Below are positions 8,618-19,780 of a stretch of 64,000 nucleotides of DNA, one piece after another (position 1 is the stretch's first letter; each line of letters begins with the position of its first letter). The position numbers and the translations under genes were made by a program. The DNA is from an uncultured bacterium. Its GTDB lineage: Bacteria; Acidobacteriota; HRBIN11; JAKEFK01. Below the pieces are notes generated by a model that had not been told where the DNA came from, did not search any database, and worked only from the letters and a program-made list of their open reading frames with translations. The stretch is from assembly GCA_963777505.1 (NCBI GenBank), contig CAVZQN010000004.1, positions 1,472,001 to 1,536,000 of the forward strand. Reading direction: 5' to 3'.

Positions 8618-10357
8618 TTAAATTCGTTTGAAGTTTTTTGCAATTTCGTAATGGCTGATTCGCAGAATGATTGGTCGTCCATGAGGGCAAACCTGGGGAG
8701 TTGCCGTTTGAAGCAATCCGTCAACAAGGTATTCCATTTTCTCGCGCGTGAGAGGCATATTAATTTTGATTGCTGCCTGGCATGCCATCGATTTTCTCAT
8801 TTCATCTGCAAAGGATTCCAAAAGTCCATCTCGATATAAGCGTTCCATTTCGTTTAGAAAACGTTGTACTGCATTTGAATAGTTTGAATCCAGTAACAGT
8901 TCAGGTATTTCTTTTACTGCTACTGTGTTATTTCCAAAAACTTCCATTTCAATTCCGAGTTCACGAAAACGGTCCATGTATTCTTCGAGTAGCATCATTT
9001 GGGCAGGATTCACATCCAGGATCAATGGAATCAAAAGAGCCTGTGTGCGGATTTGACTTTGTTCGTGTTGTTCCAAAATTCTTTCATATAAGATTCGTTC
9101 GTGTGCGACATGTTGATCGATCAAGATGAGTCCGCCTTCATCCGACATAACTACATAGGTATTGTCGTATTGTCCGATAATTTTATATTCGCCCTGTGAA
9201 GGCATTTTCCGCGCAGGAGGGGAGGGCATCTGCATAGGAGGTCCGGATGGTACTTCATCCATTGAGTTAGAAAACGGAGAAGGTAACGATTGCGAATCCG
9301 AAAGTCTTAGTTCGGGGCCCGAATACCGCGGAAGGGTTTCAGATTGAAATTGAAAACTTGGCAGTGGGCGTGCCGTATTCAATAATTTCTGAATCGAATC
9401 GATGATTCCTTTTTGAACGAGAACTTGCTGTAGAAACCGGACTTCATATTTTGCAGGATGCACGTTCACATCCACCATTGTGGATGGCATATCAAGAAAC
9501 AGAAATGCAACCGGATATTGTCCCGTTTGTGCATATACGCGATATGCAATATAGATGGAATTTGCAAGAACTTTGTCTTTTACATACCTTCGATTAATAA
9601 AGAAATATTGATAATTCCGGCTTGTTTTTAATGAGTCGGGGCTGCTGACAAATCCTCGCAATCTGTAATGAAAGAGTGTTTCATCGAGTTCCAAAACATT
9701 TTCCAGTAATTCCGCTCCGAAGACTTGAAAGAAACGCTCACGCAAAGAAGCAGTAGCAGGGCAGTTTAGGATTTCTCTGCCATCGAGTGTGTAGTTGAAT
9801 GAAATTTCCGGATATGCAAGTGCAAAAGCATTCATGATGTGTGTAATAGTTCCGGCTTCAACATGATCGCTTTTTAAGAATTTTTTGCGCGCTGGTGTGT
9901 TGTAAAAAAGATTTCGCGCTTCAAGAGTCGTACCCGGCGGCATTGCGATAGGCTGTTTGTTCTGACATCTTCCATTGACAAGGAAGAGCGAAATTCCTGC
10001 ATCTTGATCGGAACGACGCGTACGCAAACTCACTTGTGCAACCGCTGCAATAGAGGCTAATGCTTCGCCACGAAATCCCATTGTTCCGATTTGATGCAAA
10101 TCATCAGAGGAATTTATCTTGCTCGTCGCATGGCGTTCAAATGCAAGAATCGCATCTTCTTCTGACATCCCTTTGCCATTATCAGAGACCCGAATCAGTT
10201 GTTTTCCACCTCTCTCAATATCAACCCTGATATCTGTCGAACCAGCATCAAGTGAGTTCTCAACAACTTCTTTCACGATGGAAACCGGACGTTCTATGAT
10301 TTCTCCGGCTGCGATTTGATTTACGACAGAATCGGGAAGTACGTGAATTTCACCCAT
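8618..10357 (-). CDS. mutL: DNA mismatch repair endonuclease MutL
   Basis: NQIAAGEIIERP, GFRGEALASI, DQHVAHERILYE endonuclease motif, ACQ, CPHGRP. Confidence 0.97.
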   Translation of the reverse strand: MGEIHVLPDSVVNQIAAGEIIERPVSIVKEVVENSLDAGSTDIRVDIERGGKQLIRVSDNGKGMSEEDAILAFERHATSKINSSDDLHQIGTMGFRGEALASIAAVAQVSLRTRRSDQDAGISLFLVNGRCQNKQPIAMPPGTTLEARNLFYNTPARKKFLKSDHVEAGTITHIMNAFALAYPEISFNYTLDGREILNCPATASLRERFFQVFGAELLENVLELDETLFHYRLRGFVSSPDSLKTSRNYQYFFINRRYVKDKVLANSIYIAYRVYAQTGQYPVAFLFLDMPSTMVDVNVHPAKYEVRFLQQVLVQKGIIDSIQKLLNTARPLPSFQFQSETLPRYSGPELRLSDSQSLPSPFSNSMDEVPSGPPMQMPSPPARKMPSQGEYKIIGQYDNTYVVMSDEGGLILIDQHVAHERILYERILEQHEQSQIRTQALLIPLILDVNPAQMMLLEEYMDRFRELGIEMEVFGNNTVAVKEIPELLLDSNYSNAVQRFLNEMERLYRDGLLESFADEMRKSMACQAAIKINMPLTREKMEYLVDGLLQTATPQVCPHGRPIILRISHYEIAKNFKRI

Positions 10358-10445
10358 TGATTAAAACAATATCATGTTAACCGTAGAGACACCGAGTGCA
10401 AATGGCCTTGTTGATTTTCGGAAGTCAGTCAATTATGTTCTAGTA

Positions 10446-10868
10446 ATGCGTAATGTGATTTCACTACTTCTTTTTATAATTCTCCTGGTGGGATGCTCTT
10501 CTCACCAACCACAAACGGAACAATCTAGCGGAGATGGTCCACGTTTGAAATTAAGCGCTTTCCCGCGTCAAGGATTTGCACCGATGCGAGTTTCATTAAA
10601 TGCGAGTCTGGAAGGTGTTTCAAAAACGGATGCAGAACATTATTGTCTGCAGGAAGAGTGGGAATTTGGAGACGGTGCAGTATCAAGTGAGCAACCGGAT
10701 TGTGCACCAATCGGTGAAGATGGCAATGAAGTTAAGATCGAGTTTTTCGCTGAGCATGTTTATTCAGAAGCGGGGAATTACACAATTTGGTTCACTCTGG
10801 GTGACAAAAAACTCAAATCCAATCAGATCGCAGTCGTTGTTCTGGAAAGCGACATCGGCCCTAATTAA
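10446..10868 (+). CDS. PKD-domain lipoprotein
   Basis: Start moved to ATG 10446 gives a signal peptide with LVGC lipobox; WEFGDG and HVYSEAGNY PKD-like motifs. Confidence 0.75.
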   Translation: MRNVISLLLFIILLVGCSSHQPQTEQSSGDGPRLKLSAFPRQGFAPMRVSLNASLEGVSKTDAEHYCLQEEWEFGDGAVSSEQPDCAPIGEDGNEVKIEFFAEHVYSEAGNYTIWFTLGDKKLKSNQIAVVVLESDIGPN

Positions 10869-10874
10869 TATCGG

Positions 10875-12200
10875 ATGAGTTTGCGCAGGAAATTGCCGCT
10901 CATCGCCATTGTCGGACGTCCCAACGTCGGAAAATCAACGCTCTTTAATCGCATCAGTGGAAAACACCGCGCTCTGGTTTCGAAAGAACCAGGAATGACG
11001 CGTGACAGACGTTTTGAACTTGCGGATTGGACCGGCCGATATTTCGAAATAGTTGATACCGGTGGAATGCAAGGTGAGCAAGATGTGATCTCCCTCCAAA
11101 TTTCAATACAAGTAAAAAAAGCAATTCAAGCTTCAGACCTTGTGCTTTTTGTTGTTGATGGAAGGGAAGGTTTGACTGCTCGCGATGAAGATATTGCAAG
11201 CTTTCTCAGACGTACAGGTTTACCTGTTTTGCTCCTTGTTAATAAAGTAGATGTGCCTGCACGGGATGATCTTGCTGCAGAATTTCATAAGCTGGGTTTT
11301 CCTGAAGTTTTTCCCGTATCTGCTGAACATGGTTACAGTGTTGATGAAGTTCTGGATCGTGCAATTGAACTGCTTGAAATAAAACAAACCGATCGACCGC
11401 CACGTGATGAATCAATTTCTGTTGCTATTTTAGGCAAACCAAATGCTGGCAAATCGACGTTCCTGAATCATTTGCTCGGTGAAGAACGCCTCGTTACGAG
11501 TGAAATTCCAGGGACCACCCGCGACACGATCGATCTCGATGTAATGTATGGCGAAACCCATTACAAGTTCATTGATACGGCAGGAATTCGAAAAAAAGGC
11601 CAAACGAAGACTCTTCCTGACAAACTCGCAGTCATTCATGCACGTCAATCGTTGGGACGCGCTGAAATTGCCTGCATCATGATTGATTCAAAAGAAGGGA
11701 TTACCCATCAGGATGCAGTCGTAGCCGGTTATGCCCTGGAAGAAGGAAAAGCCATGGTTTTGCTCTTCAATAAAATAGATCTTTTAGACGCTGAGCAAAG
11801 AAAGGCTCTTGAAAAAGAGGCGGATTCCAAACTACAATTCATTCGTTTTGTACCACGTCTCTATGTTTCGGCAAAGACAGGATTGAATATTCGCAAAGTA
11901 TTTCCTGTTTTGCAGAAAGTATCTGAGTCGTATACAAAGAGGGTGACTACGGGGCAGTTGAATTCGTTTTTTGATAGTGTTCTCACGAACCGTTATCTGG
12001 GAAGTTACAGGGGAAAGCCGATTAAACTTAAGTACATAACACAGGCCACCGTAAAGCCACCCACATTTATTCTTTTCACAAACGCATCATCACAGCTTCA
12101 TTTCTCTCATCGCCGCTATCTCGAAAATCAACTGAGAAGTTATTTCGGCTTTGAAGGATCTCCGCTGCGAATCCGTGTGCGCGCAGGAAAAAGGAAGTAG
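10875..12200 (+). CDS. der: Ribosome biogenesis GTPase Der/EngA
   Basis: Two tandem G domains (GRPNVGKS, GKPNAGKS; DTGG/DTAG; NKVD/NKID) and KH-like C-terminus. Confidence 0.97.
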   Translation: MSLRRKLPLIAIVGRPNVGKSTLFNRISGKHRALVSKEPGMTRDRRFELADWTGRYFEIVDTGGMQGEQDVISLQISIQVKKAIQASDLVLFVVDGREGLTARDEDIASFLRRTGLPVLLLVNKVDVPARDDLAAEFHKLGFPEVFPVSAEHGYSVDEVLDRAIELLEIKQTDRPPRDESISVAILGKPNAGKSTFLNHLLGEERLVTSEIPGTTRDTIDLDVMYGETHYKFIDTAGIRKKGQTKTLPDKLAVIHARQSLGRAEIACIMIDSKEGITHQDAVVAGYALEEGKAMVLLFNKIDLLDAEQRKALEKEADSKLQFIRFVPRLYVSAKTGLNIRKVFPVLQKVSESYTKRVTTGQLNSFFDSVLTNRYLGSYRGKPIKLKYITQATVKPPTFILFTNASSQLHFSHRRYLENQLRSYFGFEGSPLRIRVRAGKRK

Positions 12201-12206
12201 GGGGAT

Positions 12207-13331
12207 ATGGTTTTATTTAATTACGGCACTCGAGAGCTTACGGCAAAGATTGTGTATTACGGGCCCGGTTTATGCGGAAAGACGACGAATCTGGAATTTA
12301 TTCACAAAACAATTCCGCAAAAAACGCGCGGCAAAATGTTATCACTTGCAACCAAAACAGATCGCACATTGTTTTTTGACTTTCTTCCAATCGAATTGGG
12401 TGCGATCCGTGGTATGAAAACAAAAATCCAGCTTTACACAGTTCCAGGTCAAGTCTTTTACGATGCCACTCGTAAACTTGTTTTAAAAGGTGCTGATGGC
12501 GTTGTATTTGTTGCGGATTCACAAAAAGAAATGATGGATTCAAATCTGGACAGCTGGGAAAATTTCAAAACAAATCTCAAAGAAAACGGGATAGACATTC
12601 GCACAATCCCTCTTGTCATTCAGTACAACAAAAGGGATCTTCCGAATGTCTTGTCTGTCAAAGAACTAAATGGAAAACTCAATGAATTTAATTCTCCATT
12701 TTTTGAAGCGGTCGCTCTTAGCGGCCAGGGGGTACAGGATACGTTAAAAGGAATTACAAAATTTGTCATGGAATCGCTTACGAAACGCTACAAGGCAAAA
12801 AAACCTTTGGAAGAACCTGCTCCGGCACCCGCGCCGAAAGTAGAAAAAGGACTGCCAAGCGTAGAGGAGGTTGTTCAAGAGGCAATGAAGCAAGTGAAAG
12901 CTTCAGCGCAAGCTCCAGTTGCTGCCCCTGTTTCTGCTCCGGTTCAAATTCCAGTTCAAGTTCCTGTTACAGAAATTGAAAGTAAACCGGTGGCTGCTGA
13001 TCTAGTGGCATTAGATGTTTCTGCAGAGGAATATGAAGAGCTGGAAGAGATCAGCGAATTGGCATCCGAGCCGGAACCTGCTGCGAAAAGGCAGCAAGGG
13101 GCTGTTGCAATTTCTCCAGAACCTGAACTGTCTGATGCGGAATTGCTGGATAGTTCGCAAGAGATTTTTCCGGATGACTCCGGAGCTCAGGAGAAAGTGA
13201 TTCAATTTGAATCTGCATCAGGCCGTTCGCAAGATGTAAGCGTTCCGATCGAAATTCGTGTTGGCCCGCCGGGTGAAGAAGTTAAACTTCAGATAGTTTT
13301 CGAACTCAAAATAAAAATACTGCCGAAGTAA
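12207..13331 (+). CDS. mglA: MglA-family small GTPase with long C-terminal extension
   Basis: KIVYYGPGLCGKTTNL, DRTLFFDFLP, TVPGQVFY, NKRDL are MglA signatures; followed by about 180 aa of Pro/Ala/Glu-rich tail. Confidence 0.85.
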   Translation: MVLFNYGTRELTAKIVYYGPGLCGKTTNLEFIHKTIPQKTRGKMLSLATKTDRTLFFDFLPIELGAIRGMKTKIQLYTVPGQVFYDATRKLVLKGADGVVFVADSQKEMMDSNLDSWENFKTNLKENGIDIRTIPLVIQYNKRDLPNVLSVKELNGKLNEFNSPFFEAVALSGQGVQDTLKGITKFVMESLTKRYKAKKPLEEPAPAPAPKVEKGLPSVEEVVQEAMKQVKASAQAPVAAPVSAPVQIPVQVPVTEIESKPVAADLVALDVSAEEYEELEEISELASEPEPAAKRQQGAVAISPEPELSDAELLDSSQEIFPDDSGAQEKVIQFESASGRSQDVSVPIEIRVGPPGEEVKLQIVFELKIKILPK

Positions 13332-13458
13332 TTTTACTTCCAGTGTGTGAGTTTGAAGACAGGCGAGTCTCTGGCATGATTGTATACTCATTGATCGAAA
13401 CCTGACGGCAAAACTATTCCTTTCCTAATCGATCTGTTTTAATGCAAAATAGTCGGCC

Positions 13459-14229
13459 ATGAAGTGGACCGTTCCGATCTTTATCGCTGTACTTTGCATA
13501 TCTCTCATTCTTTTTACCTTCTTCATTGATTCCGAAATCCTCATTTACTTTGGTAATGCTGTTCAAATCGGCTCATTAATCCTTGCTGCATTGAATGTGA
13601 GCATGGTTCGCAAGTTGTATGCAGCTGGAGATGAGCCGCGAAAAGCATGGGGCTGGCTTTCGACTGGACTCTTTCTATGGATCATTGCGCAGCTCATTGG
13701 ATCTTATCGTGAAATGGTGTTGGAAGAACTTCCGTATGGCGATTTTTCCGATGTGTTCTGGGTACTTGGTTATGTTCCGTTTTTTATCGGCCTGATTATT
13801 TTGATTCAAAGTTTTTCAAAAACAGGACTCCCTATTGTAAACAGGAAAAGTTACATGTGGATCGCAATCATCAGCATTTTCGTTTTCGTGGGGCTTTTTC
13901 TTTGGGTAATATGGCCCGAGTTAAAGGACCCAGAACGACCAGTTCCAACAAAACTGCTTGATGTTGCATACCCTGCGTTGGACATTTTGCTTCTAGCACT
14001 TTCTGCGGTTTTGCTTCAAATTTCATGGACTCTACGCGGTGGAAGTTTGGCTAATGCATGGCTGATGCTATGCATCGGATTTGCAATGTCAGCGATCGCT
14101 GATCTTCTTCTCATTCACATTTCAGAAATATCAACAGCATACCGGTATCTGGACGTACTCTATTTTTCTTCGTATTTTTCTATTGCAATTGCGGGGAGTA
14201 TTCAGGTTCGAACTTTGCGTTCATCCTGA
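13459..14229 (+). CDS. Polytopic membrane protein resembling a standalone membrane sensor module
   Basis: About 7-8 hydrophobic helices; AW..L..G..LW, DVFWVLGY and YPALDILL resemble N-terminal membrane sensors of GGDEF/HK proteins. Confidence 0.6.
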   Translation: MKWTVPIFIAVLCISLILFTFFIDSEILIYFGNAVQIGSLILAALNVSMVRKLYAAGDEPRKAWGWLSTGLFLWIIAQLIGSYREMVLEELPYGDFSDVFWVLGYVPFFIGLIILIQSFSKTGLPIVNRKSYMWIAIISIFVFVGLFLWVIWPELKDPERPVPTKLLDVAYPALDILLLALSAVLLQISWTLRGGSLANAWLMLCIGFAMSAIADLLLIHISEISTAYRYLDVLYFSSYFSIAIAGSIQVRTLRSS

Positions 14230-14266
14230 AATACTGCCTAAAATAACCTGCATCCATAAAAAAATC

Positions 14267-15718
14267 ATGAATGAGCTTCGTTTGTTTTATTGGAACCAAA
14301 AAAAGATGAATGAAAATGGAAGCTACGTTTTGTATTGGATGCAAATTAATCGAAGGTTCGAATTCAATTACGCGCTCGAATACGCAGTTGAAAAAGCAAA
14401 TGAGTTAAAGAAGCCACTCTTAATTTATGAAGGATTAAAATGCACATACTCATGGGCAAGTGATCGCTTCCATAAGTTCATTTTGGAAGGGATGCTTGAA
14501 AATAAGCAAATCGCACGAAAAAACGGTTGGAACTACTACTGTTTCGTTGAAGAAAATCCTCATGAAGGAAGTGGACTTGTGAACAGTCTGGCAAAAAGCT
14601 CTTGTCTTGTGGTTACAGATGATTTTCCTGTGTTTGTAATTCGTGAGCATAATGAAAAAGTCGGACCTGAAGTGCCCGTGACTTATATTTCGGTAGATTC
14701 CAATGGAATCATTCCTTTGGGTTTATCAAAAAAAGCGCCATATTCGGCCTATCAATTTCGCAGGTTGATGCAAAAGAACTTTCTCAGTGAATTCAGTAAG
14801 CCCCCTTTGCGAAATCCTATGCGCAAGTTAAAGGTTCAAGTGACTTTGGATTTGTCGGACTTTACAAATCATTGGTCCGATTCTGCGGAAAAACTTGAAG
14901 AAGTTGATACTTTAATAGAGGCAATTGCAATTGATCACTCCGTCAAACCCATTCCGCTGAAAGGCACTCGAGAAACCGGCCTAAAACGATTGAAGGCTTT
15001 CTTAGCGAAAGAAATTAGCAGATATGCTGAACTCAGAAATCATCCTGACTTGCAGGTCACCAGCGGTTTGAGCCCTTATCTACATTTTGGAAAGATTTCG
15101 GCCTATGAAGTTGTTCAAATGGTTTTAAGACAGCAACCAAAAGGCTGGAATGTAAGTAAGATCCATTACAGTCATGGTTCGCGCCAGGGTTTTTTTAGCG
15201 GACATTCATTTGTAGATTCCTTTCTGGAGGAATTCATTACTTGGCGTGAGACCGGATATCACTTTTGTCATCATGTGCGAAATTATGATTCATATAAAAC
15301 GCTGCCTGAATGGGCGAAAAAGACGTTAGAAAAACATGCAAGCGATCCGCGTGACCACGTCTATTCACTAGAAGAATTTGAAACAGCATCTACACATGAT
15401 CCGTTATGGAATGCTGCTCAAAGACAGCTTTTGCTGGAAGGAACTATTCATAATTATTTAAGAATGTTGTGGGGCAAGAAAATTCTAGAATGGTCAAAGA
15501 ATCCGAAAATGGCTTTAAGCTATTTGATCCATCTAAATAACAAATACGCCATCGATGGAAGAAATCCAAACAGTTACACAGGAATTTTCTGGATTTTAGG
15601 ACGATTCGATCGACCATGGGCGCCGGAACGCGAAATTTTTGGAAGTGTGCGCTATATGAGCAGTAAGAATACCCAGCGAAAAGTTAAGGTGAAAAAATAC
15701 CTGGAAACATTTGGATAA
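14267..15718 (+). CDS. phrB: Class II CPD DNA photolyase
   Basis: VLYWMQ..RR..N.AL, SGLSPYLHFG, HDPLWNAAQ, HNYLRMLWGKKILEW, DGRNPNSY. Start moved to ATG 14267 to avoid overlap with the upstream gene. Confidence 0.92.
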   Translation: MNELRLFYWNQKKMNENGSYVLYWMQINRRFEFNYALEYAVEKANELKKPLLIYEGLKCTYSWASDRFHKFILEGMLENKQIARKNGWNYYCFVEENPHEGSGLVNSLAKSSCLVVTDDFPVFVIREHNEKVGPEVPVTYISVDSNGIIPLGLSKKAPYSAYQFRRLMQKNFLSEFSKPPLRNPMRKLKVQVTLDLSDFTNHWSDSAEKLEEVDTLIEAIAIDHSVKPIPLKGTRETGLKRLKAFLAKEISRYAELRNHPDLQVTSGLSPYLHFGKISAYEVVQMVLRQQPKGWNVSKIHYSHGSRQGFFSGHSFVDSFLEEFITWRETGYHFCHHVRNYDSYKTLPEWAKKTLEKHASDPRDHVYSLEEFETASTHDPLWNAAQRQLLLEGTIHNYLRMLWGKKILEWSKNPKMALSYLIHLNNKYAIDGRNPNSYTGIFWILGRFDRPWAPEREIFGSVRYMSSKNTQRKVKVKKYLETFG

Positions 15719-15749
15719 GATTTTGTTGCCGCTGCTTCAAGCCGGATCC

Positions 15750-16268
15750 TTAAGGCTTTTTCTTTCGATTAATCGACTCGCGCATATTCTTGGCAATCTT
15801 TTCCGGCATATAAACAGCATTCACAATCATAGAAGAGCTTGACGGCTTCAAGAATACAGTGCCATGTCTGTGCTTATCGATTGGATCCTTATATTGAAAC
15901 TGATATGTGACGATATTGTCTGCTTTATCTTTCCAATTTCCCGACCATTCGTAAATCATGTAAGCGGGCCGCTTTGGAGGGTCTTCATAAATAGTCCATC
16001 CTGAAACGAGTGAAGTAGAATTCTCCGGATGCAAATAATCTTCTTTCAACGGGATCCAGCCTTCCGACTCAAGTTTTTTACTGACCTGGTTAATTGTGGA
16101 TTCAGCGGGAAATTTTGCTTCAAGTTTATAGAACATTCTATTTATTCCGCCCGTGTAAAATTGCTTCAGATTAGTGGCATCCTTCAAAATAATGAACGAA
16201 TTCGGGTACGTTTGATTACAGGAAATCGTCAGTACGACAGAACAAAGAATCAATATTTTTTTAAACAT
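15750..16268 (-). CDS. Hypothetical lipoprotein
   Basis: MFKKILILCSVVLTISC lipobox-like signal; no recognised domain. Confidence 0.65.
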   Translation of the reverse strand: MFKKILILCSVVLTISCNQTYPNSFIILKDATNLKQFYTGGINRMFYKLEAKFPAESTINQVSKKLESEGWIPLKEDYLHPENSTSLVSGWTIYEDPPKRPAYMIYEWSGNWKDKADNIVTYQFQYKDPIDKHRHGTVFLKPSSSSMIVNAVYMPEKIAKNMRESINRKKKP

Positions 16269-16302
16269 TTTGTTGTTTTGAAGGGTAAATAGACTCGCAA
16301 GT

Positions 16303-17214
16303 CTACATTATTTTCTTTCCAAGTGAAGAAAGTATGAATTCAACGGCAAATTGCGCGGTCTGATTTGCTGTGTCGTACAAAGGATTTACTTCAGTTACTT
16401 CAACCGAAAGCATTTTTCCTGAATCAGAGATCTTCTCCATTGCAAGATGTGTTTCACGATATGTAGCGCCGCCCATTTCACGGGTCCCTACACCTGGGGC
16501 ATAAAAGGGATCCAGGAAATCCATATCCAGAGTCGCATGAAATCCACGTGTATTTTGTGACGCAATTTTGATCGCTTCTTGGATGACGATTCCAATCCCA
16601 CGTTCGTCAATTTCACTCATTGTAAAAACTCGAATACCCAGCTTACGAATTAATTCAGTTTCTCCAGGATCGACGCTTCGAGCACCCAGAATTACGGTGT
16701 TTTCAGGAAGGACTTTCGGCGCAAATCCTGCAACGTGAGTAAATTCGCGAGCCCCATGTCCTAAAAGTGCAGCCAGAGGCATTCCATGAACGTTGCCTGA
16801 CGGAGTCGAATCTGGAGTGTTGATATCAGTGTGAGCATCCAGCCAGATAATTCCGATCCGCTCATTCCTTTTTTTATAAAACGACGCAACGCCTGCGGCG
16901 CTTCCGATCGCAATGGAGTGATCTCCGCCAAGGACCACGGGAATTGAATCATTCTGTAATGAGTCTTCAACTACAATCGCAAGCTTTTCACACGCAGAAG
17001 CAATTTCCGGCAGGTAATGAGCGCGTAAATTCGACCGGGCTATCGATTCGGGTGGCTGTACATTAATATTCCCTGTGTCGTGAACTTCATAACCGAGCCG
17101 ATTGGCCGATTGATTCAGTCCGGCAATCCGGATTACGGACGGGCCCATATCGACTCCACGTCGGCCTGCCCCTAAATCCATCGGAACACCAATAATTGTG
17201 ATTTTTTTCGTCAT
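16303..17214 (-). CDS. rocF: Arginase
   Basis: [36 protein letters not shown] ureohydrolase/arginase motifs. Confidence 0.95.
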   Translation of the reverse strand: MTKKITIIGVPMDLGAGRRGVDMGPSVIRIAGLNQSANRLGYEVHDTGNINVQPPESIARSNLRAHYLPEIASACEKLAIVVEDSLQNDSIPVVLGGDHSIAIGSAAGVASFYKKRNERIGIIWLDAHTDINTPDSTPSGNVHGMPLAALLGHGAREFTHVAGFAPKVLPENTVILGARSVDPGETELIRKLGIRVFTMSEIDERGIGIVIQEAIKIASQNTRGFHATLDMDFLDPFYAPGVGTREMGGATYRETHLAMEKISDSGKMLSVEVTEVNPLYDTANQTAQFAVEFILSSLGKKIM

Positions 17215-17262
17215 TATTAAACTTGTAACGGGCGCGTCAAGACTCGCACAGTACCAATATTA

Positions 17263-19635
17263 TTACTTCTCTTTTAAGCGCACCATCGAGGCAGGAATTA
17301 TATCTAGAATTGGCTGATTATTCCTTCCAAATCGTCCAAAACTAAGAGTTCCTGTTGGGCATTGCTGAACACATGCAGAACATCGGACACACTGAGGATC
17401 ATTCATAGGCAAGCCTTTGTTTGCGAAGCTCATAATATCAATTCCTTGATGGCAAACCGAAGTACACACATTGCATGATATGCATTTTGATTTCTCGGCA
17501 AAAATTCTAAACCGTGAAAATCGCGTATATATATGCATTAACGCTGCTAAGGGACACGCAAAACGGCACCAAACTCTTCCGCTGAACCAAAAATACATTC
17601 CAACACCGATGATCCCTGCAAGAAAAATATCAACAACGTAGTAGTAATTCAGTTTGACGCCAAACAGGCTCCACCCGCTCAAGAGTCCTGAATACAATTT
17701 ACGGAACATGATTCCCAATTCAGTTTGCGGCCATGTCCAGCTGAATATTCTTGCAGCGAGCAAAACAAACGCCGCCACCAAAATGACCTGTCCTACCATA
17801 TTCATGCGATTCCAGAATGGTCCGTGCGGCATTTTCTGTCTGTACGAATCTCCAAGCGTTTCTGACAGAGCGCCGCATGAACAAATCCATCCGCAATAGG
17901 CGCCTTTGCCCCAACGAAAAATAATCAGCGGGATGATGATGAATGTTTGTGCAAATGAAATTCCTAGCCACCACCATAAGGGCTGTCCTGTAAAAACATT
18001 CCAGATAAATAATGGCCAGGCTAGAATCAGCCCACTCGCTCTCCAATATTCCCTGCCATGTCCATATTGAACCGCCGGAAACAGCGCATCTGCAAAGGAT
18101 TTTCCTGCAGCATGATCGAACCATCCGTTATAACCCATCCAGGGAAGAACAATTTGAGGCAGCACAAAGAGAGGAATGACTTGAATCGCCATCAATGCAA
18201 AGGTCTGCATTTTTACATATGGAGTTTTGCGCCTTTGAATTCTTCGAATTCCGAAAATGACAACGCACAAACAGTAGGCCATCGAATAATAAAAAGAAGG
18301 ATCTCGACTCGCCCTAACGATCGTGCCTAACAAATTGGAAGGTTCCGCTGCTAATGTTGAAAACAGGCCAGGCACATTATAAGGAAACCAATTGTTTGCT
18401 TGAAACCATTTATTAAGGGAACCACCGGCCTTCCAATTGTAAAGAAACACACAAAATAATAAGAAGGTGATAAAGCCGAACCAGGTTGCAGCTTTCCACT
18501 CCCCACGAATGGAGATTCCGGAACGTCTAAAAAAATCCAATGGCGCTTCCCGGCCAATCATCGTGAACACCACATCGTTCTTAAGGAGACTTTCTTGATT
18601 TTGGTCATCGATAAGAATTACGCGATCATTCTGAATCTCCTTCACGCGAGTTCCTAAAGCAAGATGCAGACTTCCTTGCTCATTTTTTTTCCGCATTCCT
18701 GAAGTAATCGATGTTGTAACGCGCTCGGATGATGGTTTTTCGATTGAAACATTTGCTGCTGGATCTTTTTGCAGCATCGATACTTTTTCGATATTTTCCG
18801 GCTTGGGACGCGAGAAATTCTTTTTTTCGATAACTTAAAGTAACATCAGCGCCGCTCATCGTGAGTGCGATTGCAGTCTCAAGGGCCGAATCGCCACCAC
18901 CAACGACAAGCGCCTGTTTTCCATGAAAATCTTTCGGATCGTAAAGCCTGTTAAAAACCTTATCCAGATTTTCTCCAGGTATATTCAGTTTTCGATGATT
19001 TCCGCTTCTTCCAATCGCAACGATGACTCTTCTTGCCCGAGTGACAGTCTTTTTATCGTCATGATGCAGCGATAAGCTCGGACCCTTTTCGCTCAACGCT
19101 TTCAATCCTTGCGAACGTAACCTCCACACCTGCTTTTTTCCTGTAGTGCTTCCATTTCTTCAAGCAAAGTTTCTTTGACTACGTAGCAGTGAATTGCAGG
19201 CGGCCTGCAGGCGTCATGTCTGTACGGATACGTGTAGATCGGCTTAGCCTTCGGAAAGTTAACAACAGTCGAGAAGATTTCGCTCGCTTCAAAAATTTTG
19301 TAGCTTAGGTTTGCGGATTTAGCTTCCATCGCGGCAGCAATTCCGGAAACACCTGCGCCTATGATTGCAATGTCGATCAGTTCGGGATCGGAGGACTTAC
19401 TTGAAGCAAAATTTGGCTCAGCCATAATCGCCTGAACTGCTTTAGCGCCTGTATCTGATGAGAATTTCAGAAGTGGGATCCCTGTTAGATCACCCACGAT
19501 ACGAACACCCTCAACAGAAGTCTTGCCATTTTCATCAACTTCAGGAAGTCTTTCGACAGTTCCGGCAGGCCATTGAGTATGAAGCCAGTGAGTATATGCA
19601 GTAACCGGCTTAAGGAACGATAGGATCTTTTTCAT
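17263..19635 (-). pseudogene. Frameshifted single gene (about 790 aa): thioredoxin-reductase-like FAD/NAD(P) domain fused to a polytopic membrane 4Fe-4S (NapH/YccM-like) domain
   Basis: Three ORF-track pieces join into one protein: IIGAGVSG, VVGGGDSA, YCGWICSCG, WCRFACP, CISCNVCTSVC and CVRCSACVQQCP. Frame breaks near 19224, 19180, 19135, 19070 and 18814; may be sequencing error rather than true decay. Confidence 0.75.
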
Positions 19636-19780
19636 GGTTCAAAGCTTAAGTAGTTGCCATGCTACTATGATTTCTTCCTGCGATATATCTTTTAGGTGCA
19701 AGCAGGCATTGAATTCTTAAATTATAATTCTTACCTCGGCGGTATGTTCGGATATCTGTCTTTTCAGGAGTAAGGAAATA

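Noticed and set aside
13371-13388. CTGGCATGATTGTATAC as a sigma54 promoter
   Set aside because: Has the -24 GG but lacks the -12 GC.
14081-14266. N-terminal extension of the photolyase in the ORF track
   Set aside because: Overlaps the upstream membrane gene; photolyase similarity begins at ATG 14267.
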